A stretch of 64,000 bases of DNA from an uncultured Phycisphaerales bacterium. Lineage in GTDB: Bacteria; Planctomycetota; Phycisphaerae; Sedimentisphaerales; Anaerobacaceae. Numbering within the stretch: the stretch's first letter is position 1; each line of letters begins with the position of its first letter. Under the pieces are notes generated by a model. The model was not told where the DNA came from, ran no database searches, and saw nothing but the letters and a program-made list of their open reading frames with translations. Below are positions 10,634-22,633 of this stretch, in pieces. Made by a program: the position numbers and the translations under genes. The stretch covers positions 160,001-224,000 of the forward strand of contig CAVYYI010000002.1 of NCBI GenBank assembly GCA_963772725.1, in the 5' to 3' direction.

Positions 10634-12088
10634 TTAATAATTATCTTCTTGTTCGCTTTCTTCCTTTTCCATTTCAGTACCGCGAGGCTGACTTGTCCCA
10701 GCGCTCATCCACAACGGATTGCCCTGTGAATCACGAAGTTTAAGCATCTTGCCTTCCGCTGTGATTTCGGTAGGCATTATCACGCTCTCATTACCAACCA
10801 TGGTTTTAGAGCCTGTAATGCTGATGCTTTCGCCCTTCTTGAACTTTAAACCCTGCTGCTTAATGAAATGGCTGGGACCGGCTTGAATTGTAACGGTTTG
10901 CCCCATGTCTGTCTTTACCTTTAGTTCAAGCCCCGCAGCAGCACCTTTTTCAGGATGGAAAGTTCCTACTTTTTCAATGGTACCGGTGATATTAGCCATA
11001 TCTGCGGTCTTGAAGTTTTTATTGTAGCTGCTCCCTGCCTGCCACACCTCCATTGAACCGGTTACCGGTTTTTCTCCGGGAACAAATCCATAAACACTCC
11101 AGTACGGTTCGGCTCCAAAATTCTCATAAATCCTGCTTGCAAACTGCGAATCGGAAAGCTTGTAAAGCTGATGTTCCTTAATTTCGGACTCTTCAAGTGT
11201 CTTGGTTGTAGCGTTAAGTTCCGCCATACGATTGTCAGGCTGAATATTCAGAGATGTCCACGGTACAGCAGCAGTCTTTTCGCCTACCCCTGCGAGCCCA
11301 CCGAACGAAACCAACCCGTACGCAATGTCGCCATTCCTGGTGTCAAAAATCACGTCTTTGAGTTTAGCCAGTTTCTCGCCTTTAGGGTTTTGGACATTAA
11401 GGCCGATTATCTCGCTGCTCGAAAAAACGCCGGTTCTCTGTCCGACACCCGTAGTTATTTCCATTTTTTCGTGCATCATTTCTGTGGTGCCCCTCTGCAT
11501 AGACGGTATCCATTGTGAATAAAAATCTTTGACTTTCTGCTGAAATTCACTGCTGCTCAATTGCTGGATGTCTCGTATATCGATGGTTGGCGCCTGCATA
11601 AATTGTTCTCTGCTGATATTCAAACCGAGAATCTCCTTGTGCTCTGCCTTGCTTTTGTCAGGCAATAAATTCTGGTCTGAATTCACGTCCATTTGCCCGT
11701 AAAGGCGGGTATGCTTTGCCATTCGACCGGACCGCTCCTCGAAGGCCGACCACGGAACAGGGTAATGCTTGTCCTCAGCGGATAGAACTGCATAGCTAAC
11801 CGTATTCTGACTAGCGACAAGAATTACCTCTTTTACAGAACCCAGTGTCTGCCCCTGATTATTCTTCACATGGCTTCCAATCATATCTTTGACACTCCAC
11901 AAGTTGCCGATTGTACCGCTGGACACTGCTTCAGACTTTTTGGGAGCATTTCCGTCCGGTGTGTTTGTGTCCCCCATCGCAGCCTGAACTAAAAACCCCA
12001 TACTCAACACGATACAAAATGATGCTGCTAATATCCATACGTTTTTTTTCGTCATTATTTTTGAGTTCATTTTTTTGCTCCTTAACAT
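10634..12088 (-). CDS. Secreted protein with two PRC-barrel domains and a C-terminal OB-like domain
   Basis: Signal peptide. 'MIGSHVKNNQGQTLGSVKEVIL' and 'IIGLNVQNPKGEKLAKLKDVIFD..G.IAYGLVSFGG...VPW' are PRC repeats. The true start is probably at a downstream Met. Confidence 0.8.
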   Translation of the reverse strand: MLRSKKMNSKIMTKKNVWILAASFCIVLSMGFLVQAAMGDTNTPDGNAPKKSEAVSSGTIGNLWSVKDMIGSHVKNNQGQTLGSVKEVILVASQNTVSYAVLSAEDKHYPVPWSAFEERSGRMAKHTRLYGQMDVNSDQNLLPDKSKAEHKEILGLNISREQFMQAPTIDIRDIQQLSSSEFQQKVKDFYSQWIPSMQRGTTEMMHEKMEITTGVGQRTGVFSSSEIIGLNVQNPKGEKLAKLKDVIFDTRNGDIAYGLVSFGGLAGVGEKTAAVPWTSLNIQPDNRMAELNATTKTLEESEIKEHQLYKLSDSQFASRIYENFGAEPYWSVYGFVPGEKPVTGSMEVWQAGSSYNKNFKTADMANITGTIEKVGTFHPEKGAAAGLELKVKTDMGQTVTIQAGPSHFIKQQGLKFKKGESISITGSKTMVGNESVIMPTEITAEGKMLKLRDSQGNPLWMSAGTSQPRGTEMEKEESEQEDNY

Positions 12089-12377
12089 TTTCCAAAGTTA
12101 AAATCTCATACTGGCTCAACCTACCAAGGTCGAATCTTCTCAAAAGCCAAATTTATTTCACACACTGTTCCATAGGCATCCCTTTCATATTTAGGAGTAT
12201 ATTTTACTATTTATCTTGAACCAAGGTGCGTTTTCATCGGCTGCTTAATCATTCCCCATAAGAGTCTATTTCAGTATACGCTGATAAAAATAAACCGCTA
12301 TCGGGGCATACACTGAAACATAAAGCGGAAAAATGCTTAAAAAAATGCGGCTAAAGAAAGTATGCTGGCTATAAGGT

Positions 12378-13362
12378 TTATTCCTGTGACAAATAATCCT
12401 CGATAAATTGAGTCCATTGCTCATCAAGCTGCTCAAGAGAGCCGAATGCTTCGGTTAATTCGCTGCGTAAATCCTCTTTGCTTCGCCTGCCCGGCTCAAA
12501 TTCATAGAGCTTTGAGAAATATTTCTGTAAATCCTGTCTTCGATTTTCACAAAGAAAATGGAAAAATCCCCACGCTTGTGCGTAAACATTTATATCGGAA
12601 GTCTTTGACGGCATGCAAGTCAATAAAATGAACTCCTCCATTGGAATGAGCTTGCCTTTTTGATAAAGCCGTAAAAGCCGTTTTTTACGAATGGTGCTGT
12701 AACGCTCAACTGTCAGATACTTTGATAAACTATCCTCAAAAATCAGCGCACGGACCCTCCCCCGCCCATAGAGGATACATAACCCCTCGCTTCTGCAGTC
12801 CTGTATTGAAAGATAGCTGATGCGCGGCCTCATGTATAATTTTTACTAAACCAACGTCAGCGGTATTATTAGCCCACGCCATAACATCAACGGCACGGTT
12901 ACCTGTATTTTCTCCCTTTATGGTTTTCCCGGGTTTTAAGACCACTACCGCGTTTGTTTTTGATGAATAATAGCCGCTCAACCAGGAAAGGTCCATTTCC
13001 TCAGTAGATAACGCGTAATTATTGAATGAATCGGTATCGTTGAAACATATCCATAATAATTCGTCTCGCGGGCAATAAGTCTTGAGGCCGTAGCCGCCAA
13101 AGACCGATTGAAATTGAGAATACGAAAATTCCAGCACGCCCTCAATTTTTTTCGCTTCATCAGTTGAAATACAATGAACTACCTTAAAATGCTCAGTTTT
13201 CAGGATTTGGTATGAACTGTGGGATGAACCCGCACCACTTATGTCCGCCAAAACACGTGAAAGAACTGCTTTTTCGGCGGCATTAAGTTGGCAGGATAGT
13301 CCAAAAAACGTGATTATAACAAAAAAAACACGCATACAACTTTCAGCAAAAAGCTTAATCAC
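12378..13362 (-). CDS. DUF1570 / peptidase MA-like HExxH protein (frameshift near 12755)
   Basis: GYYSSKTN, IIHEAAHQLSFNTGLQ, PLWAGEG, then YAQAWGFFHFL in the adjacent frame. Confidence 0.75.
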
Positions 13363-13463
13363 CCTTCAGCCTTTTGCTTATCATAGCTTGTTTCATTAGT
13401 ACTTGTCAAGAATTTTGGCAAAAAAGTTATATCAGCATTTTCCAAAATTGGCCGCCATGCAAA

Positions 13464-15776
13464 CTAATCGCTATAAGCCTTGTTCTTTTTATATAATTCG
13501 ATACGGCTGTTAATATCGGCAGCAGTTTTCACATCGTTCTTACTCTTCGCAAGCTGTAAGGCTTTTTCGGCTATTTTTAAGGCGTCCTCAAACCTACCGG
13601 CAGAGGCATACGTCACTCCAAGTGTATCGAGTATTCCCGGCTGATTATAGTCGGTCTGTTTGCAGGCGGATTCCGCAAGACGCACCGCCTCGGCGGGATT
13701 GCGAAGCGATGTATCCCTGCTTGCTGCCAAAAGCCACGCTAGGTTGTTTTTCGCTTCCGCGAGGTCGGGTTTAAGTCTTACGGTTTCACTCCAGTGCTGA
13801 ATCGCCTCGGCAATTTTGCCCCGGCTGTAATAAAGCGCCGCAAGCTGATTGTGTGTATCGACATCGTCAGGATTACGTTTAAGCGTATCGGTATATTGAG
13901 CGATAATCTCATCGGTTTTTTTCCGGGTGGCTATTTTATCAAGATTGTCACGGACGTCGGTCCAGTCCGGTTTCAAACGCAGGGCCTTTTTCCAATGCTC
14001 AACCGCCTTATCGATATCTCCTTTTTTATAATAGGCAACACCTATATTGTTATGTACTTCGGGCCAGTCTGCTTTCAGCTTGAGTGCTTCTGTCCAGTGC
14101 TGTATCGCCAAATCGTTTTTATCTAACTGGCACGCCGCCGCGGCGACCAAATCGTGGGTTTTCGCGATTGGTCTTGTCGGACTCATACCAGATGTTTCCT
14201 GGCTTAGGTCAACCTTTCCAGCCATTGTCTTGAGGTAAATTTCACCGTATTTTATAGCATCGTTCAGGTTATTGTCAGAGGCGATTCTGGTCAAAAGAAA
14301 ATATGTATTATATAATTCCGGCCACTCTTCCAGCATTTTGTTGCAGAGTTCTTTTGCTTCTTCATACTTTTTTAAACAAGAAAGATTCATAACTTTCAGT
14401 TCACATACGTAATATTTTATCAAATCCTTCGGGTCTTTTTTAGATGCATCCATTTTAAAGGATTCTTCCGTCATATCGCCACCGACGTAGCCAAGACTTT
14501 CAAGCCGTTTTCTGCTTTGCTCATCAAGCACGATTGTGCCTGTTGAGATTTGGCCAACAGCTAATTTTGCCGCAAGCGATCTAAGCTGCCCACGCATCAT
14601 AGTTGCTCGTTTGGTTTCTTTTTCGAGTATGTTATTTTCTTCGTGTCTATCGAGGGAGAGGTCATATAATTCCGGTCGGGTCGTTTCAATATATTCATAT
14701 CGCTGACCTATAATCCCTAACAGCGGGTTGCAGCCGAATTTGGTCGCGGTAAACGATTCGCAATACACGCACTCAGCCGGATTCGCGGGTGTTCTCCCCT
14801 TTCCGTAATCGCAAAGCTGCCGTCCCTGCACCTGTTCAGGCACTGGTATCCCCAAATAAGTGAGAACAGTTGGAACAATATCTACAAGACTTATTACATC
14901 CTGTATTTTGCGGTGCTTAGATACTCCCGGTACTTTCATTATAAATGGAACTCTCATAGTGCTTTGATAAATGAAATACCCATGCTCTAATTCGCCGTGT
15001 TCACCGAGACTTTCACCGTGGTCGGCAACAACGATAATCAGGGTTGAATCATACAGGCCGAGACTCTTTAATTTTTCTATGACCTGGCCTATGCAGAAAT
15101 CATCGTATGCGACTCCGCCAGTATAGAGGTCGTCCTTATATTGCGACGCGAACGGTTCCGGCGGATTATATTCTTTATGGACATCATAGTAATGCAGGAA
15201 TAGGAAAAATGGCTTTGCTTTATGCTCATCTATGTATTTACAGGCGTACTGCGTGGCCTCATCACCTCGACGCCGCTCTGTACCGGTACCTTCTCGAGGT
15301 CCGACATACAAACGCATATCAAATTTATCGTTGTAACTTTCAAAGCCCTGATTTAAACCGAACTGAGAATCCAGGATAAAAGAACTCACAACCGCACCGG
15401 TATTATAACCATTCTTTTTTAGTATTTCTGCAAGAGTCAAATTGGATTCATCAAGCCTGTAAACCATATTATCGCGAACTTTATGATAAGGCGGATATGT
15501 GCCTGTCATCATAGAAGAGTGCGCAGGTAAAGTCAGCGCCAGCGGTGTGTATGTGTTTTCAAACAAAATACCCTGCTTTGCCAGGGTGTCGATATTGGGA
15601 GTAGTTTTACGATTAAAGCCGTAACAGCTCAGATGGTCTGCCCTGCAGGTATCGATACTTATAAGAAGCACATTTTTTATGCGATGCCTCGATGATAAAA
15701 ACCATATTGCGGTGCCGAGGACAGCCAAGAGCAAAACTGCAATAATTATCAGCCTTTTTTTAGATTTCATCAGCAA
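13464..15776 (-). CDS. Sulfatase-like hydrolase with C-terminal TPR repeats
   Basis: NVLLISIDTCRADHLSCYG, TLPAHSSMMTG, ADHGESLGEHGE and LESLGYV; TPR motifs in the C-terminal half. Confidence 0.9.
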   Translation of the reverse strand: MLMKSKKRLIIIAVLLLAVLGTAIWFLSSRHRIKNVLLISIDTCRADHLSCYGFNRKTTPNIDTLAKQGILFENTYTPLALTLPAHSSMMTGTYPPYHKVRDNMVYRLDESNLTLAEILKKNGYNTGAVVSSFILDSQFGLNQGFESYNDKFDMRLYVGPREGTGTERRRGDEATQYACKYIDEHKAKPFFLFLHYYDVHKEYNPPEPFASQYKDDLYTGGVAYDDFCIGQVIEKLKSLGLYDSTLIIVVADHGESLGEHGELEHGYFIYQSTMRVPFIMKVPGVSKHRKIQDVISLVDIVPTVLTYLGIPVPEQVQGRQLCDYGKGRTPANPAECVYCESFTATKFGCNPLLGIIGQRYEYIETTRPELYDLSLDRHEENNILEKETKRATMMRGQLRSLAAKLAVGQISTGTIVLDEQSRKRLESLGYVGGDMTEESFKMDASKKDPKDLIKYYVCELKVMNLSCLKKYEEAKELCNKMLEEWPELYNTYFLLTRIASDNNLNDAIKYGEIYLKTMAGKVDLSQETSGMSPTRPIAKTHDLVAAAACQLDKNDLAIQHWTEALKLKADWPEVHNNIGVAYYKKGDIDKAVEHWKKALRLKPDWTDVRDNLDKIATRKKTDEIIAQYTDTLKRNPDDVDTHNQLAALYYSRGKIAEAIQHWSETVRLKPDLAEAKNNLAWLLAASRDTSLRNPAEAVRLAESACKQTDYNQPGILDTLGVTYASAGRFEDALKIAEKALQLAKSKNDVKTAADINSRIELYKKNKAYSD

Positions 15777-15806
15777 ATATTCCCGTATTTTATTATTTCA
15801 ACTTTC

Positions 15807-18800
15807 TTAACCGCCGCTTTTAGCGGGTACGCTTTTTAGCCGACTCATAGCCTGAGAAAGATTATCGCTTGCGTTTGGATAATCCGGTCTTAGCCTAAGA
15901 GCCTCATTATATTGTTCAATCGCTTTTTGCAGTTTGCCCTGCCGATGAAGGACAACGCCCAAATCATTATGCGAGTCTCCGCTTGGCCCGGTCTTAATTC
16001 CAGCGCTTTTAAATACCATTTTTCCGCATCTTCAAAGCGATTATTTTCCCTGCAAAGGTCGCCTAACGTATAATAAGCCAGTATCTTATTATTTAAATTG
16101 TCAAGATTGCGCTCAATAGAGGCTATCCGCACATCCCGACATCTGTTTTTAAGATTCTCATCGGGCAAAAGGTAATAATTTATTTCATTATCAGCGCAGT
16201 ATTTTTCGATAATATCGAAATACCGTTTTTTCTGCGTCTCTGTGGCGATTGAAAGATTAACCATATTTGGAAACTGATTATGAACCGACAGGCACATTTC
16301 CGCAAAAGCTATCTGCATATCGACATTAGTCGCCGCCTTTGTAACAATATTGGCACTTTCAGGCTTAAGCGTCCTTCTGCCGATTATCCTGTCTTCTACG
16401 GCGGAGTTGTTCACATACATAACTTTCGGAGCCATAAATTCAAGCAGCGGATGAGCGTCGCTATTTACCGGTGCATCCCCGCACAAAGCTGAAATATCTT
16501 CAGTCATAACTATACCATATACTAATTCGGGTGCGGAAAGTTTTATGTTTTTAGACTGCTGGGCATATTTAATATTTTTTCTGACGTTAGCCAGAGACAA
16601 CCCATTATTTCCTTTGAAACCGAGCATTACGTAATCTCCAGCACGTGTTCGGAATAAGGCGTTATTTGGATATACCTCGGCGAAAGTTCCGGCTACCATG
16701 GCGAAAGCAGGCCAGTCAAGCTGGTAGGTATGTATAAACTGGGCAAATATGCCATCATCATTGAGCCTGTCTTTGGCGAGAGTGAAAAATTCGCGAGTAA
16801 AAAGGGTGGCCAGCCCCGCCATCCACGGGTTGGACGGTTCGGAAATTATCACATCGTATTTGCGGTCGGTGAGCTGGAGATGCGCCCGGCCGTCCTGAAC
16901 TATGAGATTTGTTTTCGGATTTGAAAGCTCGCTGCTGTTCCACTTGTCAAAAAATTTGGATGCTTCAGCAACATCTCTGCTTATTTCAAGCACGTCAAGC
17001 CGTTCAACAGGATAACACAATACCTCGCCTGCCGTAATTCCGCTGGCAAGCCCAAGAACCATTACCGTTTTGGCATTTGAATGAAACAGCATAGGAATAT
17101 GTGCCATAAGGGTTTGCGTCGGCATATCTCCATACGATGAGGCATCAGGTTTGCCGCTTATCACCAGTGAATAACTAATATTGCCAAACAGGTCATTCTC
17201 TTCCAGTACCACTGTAAAACCGGCCAAACCGTCCCTGTAAAAGACGATTTTGCTGGTCTGCTGGCCGGCCAATATATCCGAACCTTTCAATAATGCCGCC
17301 AGCCAACCTGTCCTTTTGATATCATTGACAATATTATTCATCCGATGATACCGTCCTAAAGACAGTGCAGAGCGGTTCCAACTTGGAATATAGAAACACA
17401 GCAGTAACCCAGCGATTGCCAGCGCACTGCCGGTATCCAGCTTAATTTTCGCTGCTTATTCACGAAAAGCAATATGCCCGCCAACACAAAAGCGGTAATC
17501 AGTTGTATAATAACTACTAATCTTAAACCATTTTCCTTACCGAAAAGAGGTATCAGTACAAATCCCGCGCAGAATGAGCCGAGAACCGCGCCGATAGTAT
17601 TGATTGCATACGCCGAACCTATCGAATGTCCGACTCTTGAGATAGACTGCGTATAAATCTTTCCCACAAGGGGAAATGTCGCTCCAAGGCATAAAGTCGG
17701 AATCAAAAGAAAACCGAATAGTACCGCTGCTTTGGAGATATTTAAAATGGCAAAATTATTCTGAAACTGATATATGAGCTTGGCGAAAAAGAACTGGCTG
17801 TTGCCGAGAATCTGGCTGACAATCAGCGCAAATAACGCAGCGGCAATCTGTGTGTGAATCAGCAGGCGTATGGGGCTTTTTACCCTGTCTGCGAGTAAGC
17901 CGAAAATCATACTGCCAATCGCAAGACCCGTTATAAAGGTAACCAAAACTATTGTGAAAGAATATGTTGTCGGGCCTATAATCAGGCCGAGCAGTTTAGT
18001 CCATATAACCTCGTAAGCCATTGCGCAAAAACCCGAAACGGCAAAAATAATCAGTGCCGCTGCCGCGGTTCCTTTATATCCTGAAACTTCATTCTGTTCG
18101 ATGAGATTCTTTTGTATATGAATTTCCTCAGCAGCGACAGATTTGGTTTCTTTTATCTTATAGCTGACCGCGATGGTAATCCCGCCGATAGCCAGGTTAA
18201 TTAAAACCGCCAGTGCAGTCGTTCCATGCATGCCGAGATAATTAATAAACCAAAAACCGCACACCAGTGCCCCTGCCGCCGCCCCGATGGTGTTCAGGCC
18301 GTATAATCTACCCGTATGGCCGCCGAGATGAGATAAGCTCGTTACGTAAAACCTGCACAGTATCGGCAGCGTCGCTCCCATACAGATAACCGGGAAAATC
18401 AGGAGTATGCTGCAAGCGGCAAATGTCAGGAAATTGTAAATAATAAAATGCTCGAAAAGCCGGTTATACACCACCGCGTATAAATGCCCGAATCCGGCTA
18501 AAAGCCCCGCGAGGATAAGGCAGTAAAGTCCTACGGCTATCTCAAGAATACCGTAAAGCCTGACAAGTTTCAGCGGGTTTTGTACCTTGTCAATTTTCCT
18601 GCCGGCGATATAACTGCCTAATCCCAATCCTGCCATAAAAACGGTCAGGATGATACTTACCGCAAAGGGCGCCCCGCCGATGATTCTGACAATCATTCTT
18701 GTCCAGAGAATCTCATAAATCAGTCCGGTCATACCGGAAAAGAAAAAACAGACCTGAATAAGGGGCGCTATCGACATTCCTGCCAAAAATTTGTTTTTGC

Positions 18801-18807
18801 CCATCAT
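15807..18807 (-). CDS. Fused MFS-like membrane domain / spermidine-synthase-like SAM domain / TPR protein (frameshifts near 17420 and 15990)
   Basis: FFSGMTGLIYEILWTR, LYGLNTIGA, VLGLASGITAG, DGRAHL, YDVIISEPSNPW and a TPR tail across three consecutive ORFs. Confidence 0.85.
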
Positions 18808-18953
18808 TTAATCCTGAATAACGTTATTTAATTTTTTATTAAACGCTGACAACCCAATATAACAAAAATGACGCCGGCTTTCAATCGCAAAAAAAGGCTA
18901 TAAACGCCGTGCACCCTATTACCCGGAGAGAAAAAAAACACTAAGATTTATCC

Positions 18954-19116
18954 CGCCAAGGTGCAAAGACGCTAAGATATTTTCATCATGGATGACACGG
19001 ATTTTTATTTCATCTGTGTAACCTGTGTAATCCGTGATTAAATATTCTTTCTTTTCTTTGCCTCTTACGCCTTCGCTGGAAACCTTTTCTTTTCTTCGTG
19101 CCTTGACGTCTTCGTT
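18954..19116. repeat. Nested inverted arrays of 8-9-bp repeats (intergenic, REP-like)
   Basis: GCCAAGGTGCAAAGACGCTAAG pairs with CTTTGCCTCTTACGCCTTCGC; inside it ATCATGGATGACACGGAT pairs with ATCTGTGTAACCTGTGTAATCCGTGAT. Confidence 0.6.
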
Positions 19117-19133
19117 GTTGCCTTTAAAAATAA

Positions 19134-19165
19134 AAAAGGCGTCCTGATTTTTCAGGACGCCTTTT
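19134..19165 (-). terminator. Intrinsic terminator after the PEP-CTERM gene (possibly bidirectional)
   Basis: AAAAGGCGTCCTGA-TTTT-TCAGGACGCCTTTT is a perfect stem with A/T tails. Confidence 0.8.
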
Positions 19166-19199
19166 CATTTTACAAACATTCGGTTTTTGGCCGCGTCTA

Positions 19200-19836
19200 T
19201 TATTTACGACGACGCAGTAACAAACCGCCAAGACCGAGCAAAACAATGGTCATTGGTTCCGGAATCTGTGCTACATATAGCCTGCAAATCGCCAAGGTCA
19301 CCCTCAACCATCGCCAACCATGCATCTTCGTTTCCGCCTGGGTAGACGTACAAGCCTTCACGATACTCACTTAAAGCCCTGAGTCCGAGGTTAACGTTAA
19401 TCAAGCCGCTTGTGCTGCCCTTTGCAGTTAACTGCAGATTGTACACAAGCTTCACGCCAGCAGAGCTTGTCGCTGATGTACCGGACAAAGAAACTGCTGT
19501 TATCTTTGAAAAGCCCGTGGTATCTGTTACCGCGGTACCGCCGCCAAGGCTCGCATCGAATTTTACAACTTTCGTCGGCACAACAGCGATTGTGCTCGTG
19601 CCGTCGGCATGCAGCGTAAAGTCCATGCTCGATAACGCATAGCTATAATAGGCTATCTCAGGGTTCCAATTCAACATAATCTTCAAATTGATGGTCTCAC
19701 CATCATTCAATCTGGAGCCTGATGTAAGGCCCGTGTGTGTCGCGCTTCCAACATCGTCAGTTGTTACCTTAACAATCGACGCATTGGTTACCGAGACCAA
19801 ACCAAGAACCAACAATAAAACCAATAACTTCTTCAT
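19200..19836 (-). CDS. PEP-CTERM sorting-domain protein (frameshift near 19283)
   Basis: Signal peptide MKKLLVLLLVLGLVSVTNA; the shifted frame ends LYVAQIPEPMTIVLLGLGGLLLRRRK* (stop 19200-19202). Confidence 0.9.
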
Positions 19837-19954
19837 AGAGTCCTCCTGTTAAATCATCACTACTCTCAGAACCATCCTCCACGCAAGGACATTTTCTTCA
19901 AGTAATAAACTCATTTTACAATGTTTTCCTTAATTCTTAAACTTTTTTCCGACA

Positions 19955-20797
19955 TTACGGGACATAGCTCTCAAATACATGGTTGAAGTCACCCAATGGT
20001 GAGCAGTCCGCTGCAACACTCTTGCCAAAGCTTGTTCTGAACAGCGGCCAGTCAATAGTATCAATGTGACCATCATGGTTCAAATCGCCGCAGGCATTGG
20101 TTACATAATTTGCTGCCGGATAATCTTTTCCAAAGCCGTTTCTAAATGTTGGCCAGTCAACGGTATCAACATCGGCATCGTTATCAACATCGCCATGACA
20201 TTGAGTCGCAGAATCCCAGCAGGGTGGATACCACCAGCCAGCGCTAGGAGCAGGAACGACGATTGTCGCACCGGTCAGGGTCATTGTTGTGCCGCCTTCG
20301 GCAACTGCGCCGCCGCGAGCCGAATTACCGGAAACTATTAATTTCGCCGGTAAACCAGTAACCTGGATTTTGAACAGCGTCCCGCTCTTTGCTGGAGCAT
20401 TTCCTACTGTGTACAGGGCGCCCTGTTCGGTCGTGATACCATGCGAGCCTAATCCTGGCAGAGGTGAGCCTAAATCATCACTGTGGGCAACCGGGGTGTA
20501 ATTTGCATCGCTCCAGTTCGGGCTGTTGGCATCGATGTACCTGTGGAAATTCCCAGGGAATATGCCATGACCCTTGCTGCCGCTGGTGCATTCACCCTTG
20601 AAATAGTCGCTGATGGCGGTGATTGTTGAGCCGCTGTTGACATCATTGATGTCCAGCGCAATCGCAGAGACATTGGCATCGGCTGTGTAGTTTATCGCAA
20701 CCCATCCGCTGCCCAGGCTTGAGCCTGTGATGGTCAGGTTACTCGCCATGGCCGGAACAGCCATCGCAATAACCGCCAAAACCACTAATTTTTTCAT
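19955..20797 (-). CDS. Secreted protein with C-terminal dockerin-like double Ca-binding loop
   Basis: RBS GAAAGGAAGG before ATG 20797, signal peptide, and loops GDVDNDADVDTVDW and GDLNHDGHIDTIDW. Confidence 0.75.
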   Translation of the reverse strand: MKKLVVLAVIAMAVPAMASNLTITGSSLGSGWVAINYTADANVSAIALDINDVNSGSTITAISDYFKGECTSGSKGHGIFPGNFHRYIDANSPNWSDANYTPVAHSDDLGSPLPGLGSHGITTEQGALYTVGNAPAKSGTLFKIQVTGLPAKLIVSGNSARGGAVAEGGTTMTLTGATIVVPAPSAGWWYPPCWDSATQCHGDVDNDADVDTVDWPTFRNGFGKDYPAANYVTNACGDLNHDGHIDTIDWPLFRTSFGKSVAADCSPLGDFNHVFESYVP

Positions 20798-21360
20798 AAT
20801 CCAACCTTCCTTTCTTAACTTGTCTTTTCTTCTTTCTTCGCGGAACTCATCGCGAATTCCGCCATACTGTTTGGTTTCTTTTACTAACACCCTCCTGACA
20901 GAGAAACCTGCTCGGCTTTTTTGTTCAAAAATTTCTATATTTAGACACCTTTACATGGAAATTCTAAAACAAAAAAACGCCTTGCCCGCAGGAGCAGTTC
21001 AAAAACAATCTTTTATTTCTCCGTCCTCCTTTCACGCCATTCGGCGAATCAAAGGTTTTTCACCTCTATAACTTCAATATTCCTAATGAAAGCTTATTTC
21101 AATTTACCACAAATCTATCAGCTAATCAAGCGAAATTTCGCAAAATTTCAAAAATTTTTAAAAAAAATACGATTTTTCCTTAATGTCCGCAAAAAACAGA
21201 AATTGCGGCACAGCCGCGAAGATTTGGAAACTTTATCTATGCTGTGTTAAAATAGGTAATCTGGACACAGCGTAAAAAAGTGTAAAAAATTGTAAATTTT
21301 TGTAAAAAAATTGATTTTTTTTGTCATTTTTTTGGTTTTTATGCTATTTTTTGAGGGAAT

Positions 21361-22595
21361 ATGATGCCTCTTTTTTTGCAAGGAAGATTGTTTTTTGTCA
21401 GGATGGCCCTGTTATTGGCGGTTTTATTGCTGATTGTGGTCGGTATGGCGGCTATTTACGCTGTCGGCCACCCCGCCGAAACAACCTCACAAACCAATAA
21501 ATGGGCGAATTTATGGCAAAAACAGGCCTTTTTCGCTGTCCTCGGCGGCATTGCCTTTTGGCTTATTAATCTTGTCAATTATCGCCGTTTCGGCCAGATT
21601 AGCGGCTGGTTATACGCATTTATACTATTATTACTGGCACTTTTGCTGGCGGGACACGTCATGAACATACCATTTATACCCCTGATAAAAGGCTCAATTC
21701 GATGGATAGATATACCCGGTCTGCCCGATATGCAGCCTTCGGAATTCTGCAAGGTTGTGTACGTTCTGGCGCTGGCGTGGTACCTGCGTTATCGCAGTAA
21801 TTATCGCAGTTTTACCGCCCTTATAGGACCTTTTGCCCTGACACTGCTGCCGATGGCGATGATTCTGCTCGAACCGGACCTCGGAACCGCCCTTCTTATG
21901 ATGCCGATATTCTTTGTAATGCTCTTTATGGCAGGCGCGAAAGGTAAACACCTTATTTTTATCATTCTACTGGCGATTTTAGTAAGCCCGTTTCTGTGGC
22001 ACAGAATAAACCCTTATCAGCGGGCCAGGATTAGCAGCGTCCTGCTTCAAAGTCAGTGGATACGCCAAAAAGCAGTCGAACACCCGAAATTCGCGGAAAT
22101 TCTTATTGGCAAGGGCAAAAAATTCAGTCCCAGCCAATGGGAACGCGAGGAAGGCTATCATCTGATACGCTCGAAATACGCCATAGCCTCCGGCGGGCTG
22201 ACGGGCTACGGCTTTCGAAAAGGGCCTTTCATTAAATATAACTCTTTTCTGCCTGAACGGTATAACGATTTCGTTTTTGCCGTAATTGCACATCAGTGGG
22301 GCTTTATCGGGTGCGAGGGATGCTGTTTATCTATGTAATTATCATTATTTGCGGACTGGCAATCGCGGCGAACAATAACGACCCGTTCGGCAGGCTGCTT
22401 GCGCTGGGGATAGTAACGATGTTCGCATCGGAGTGCATTATTAATATCAGTATGACCATAGGCCTTATGCCGATAACGGGGCTGACGCTGCCTTTTGTCA
22501 GCTACGGCGGCTCAAGCCTGCTGGTGAATATGATTTCGGTGGGACTGCTGAATAATGTCGGCAGGAGCAGGCTTTTCACACTGGTACCAAAATGA
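21361..22595 (+). CDS. rodA: SEDS peptidoglycan glycosyltransferase RodA/FtsW (frameshift near 22320)
   Basis: RWI, QPSEFCK, EPDLGT, AIASGGLTGYG, FLPERYNDF and PITGLTLPFVSYGGSS motifs. Confidence 0.85.
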
Positions 22596-22633
22596 TTAAC
22601 GTCGCTGTCTTGGTGATTTTATTTTTTGGGCAG

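Noticed and set aside
20800..21070. Long leader upstream of the dockerin-like gene as a riboswitch
   Set aside because: Only short hairpins; no aptamer consensus that I can recognise.
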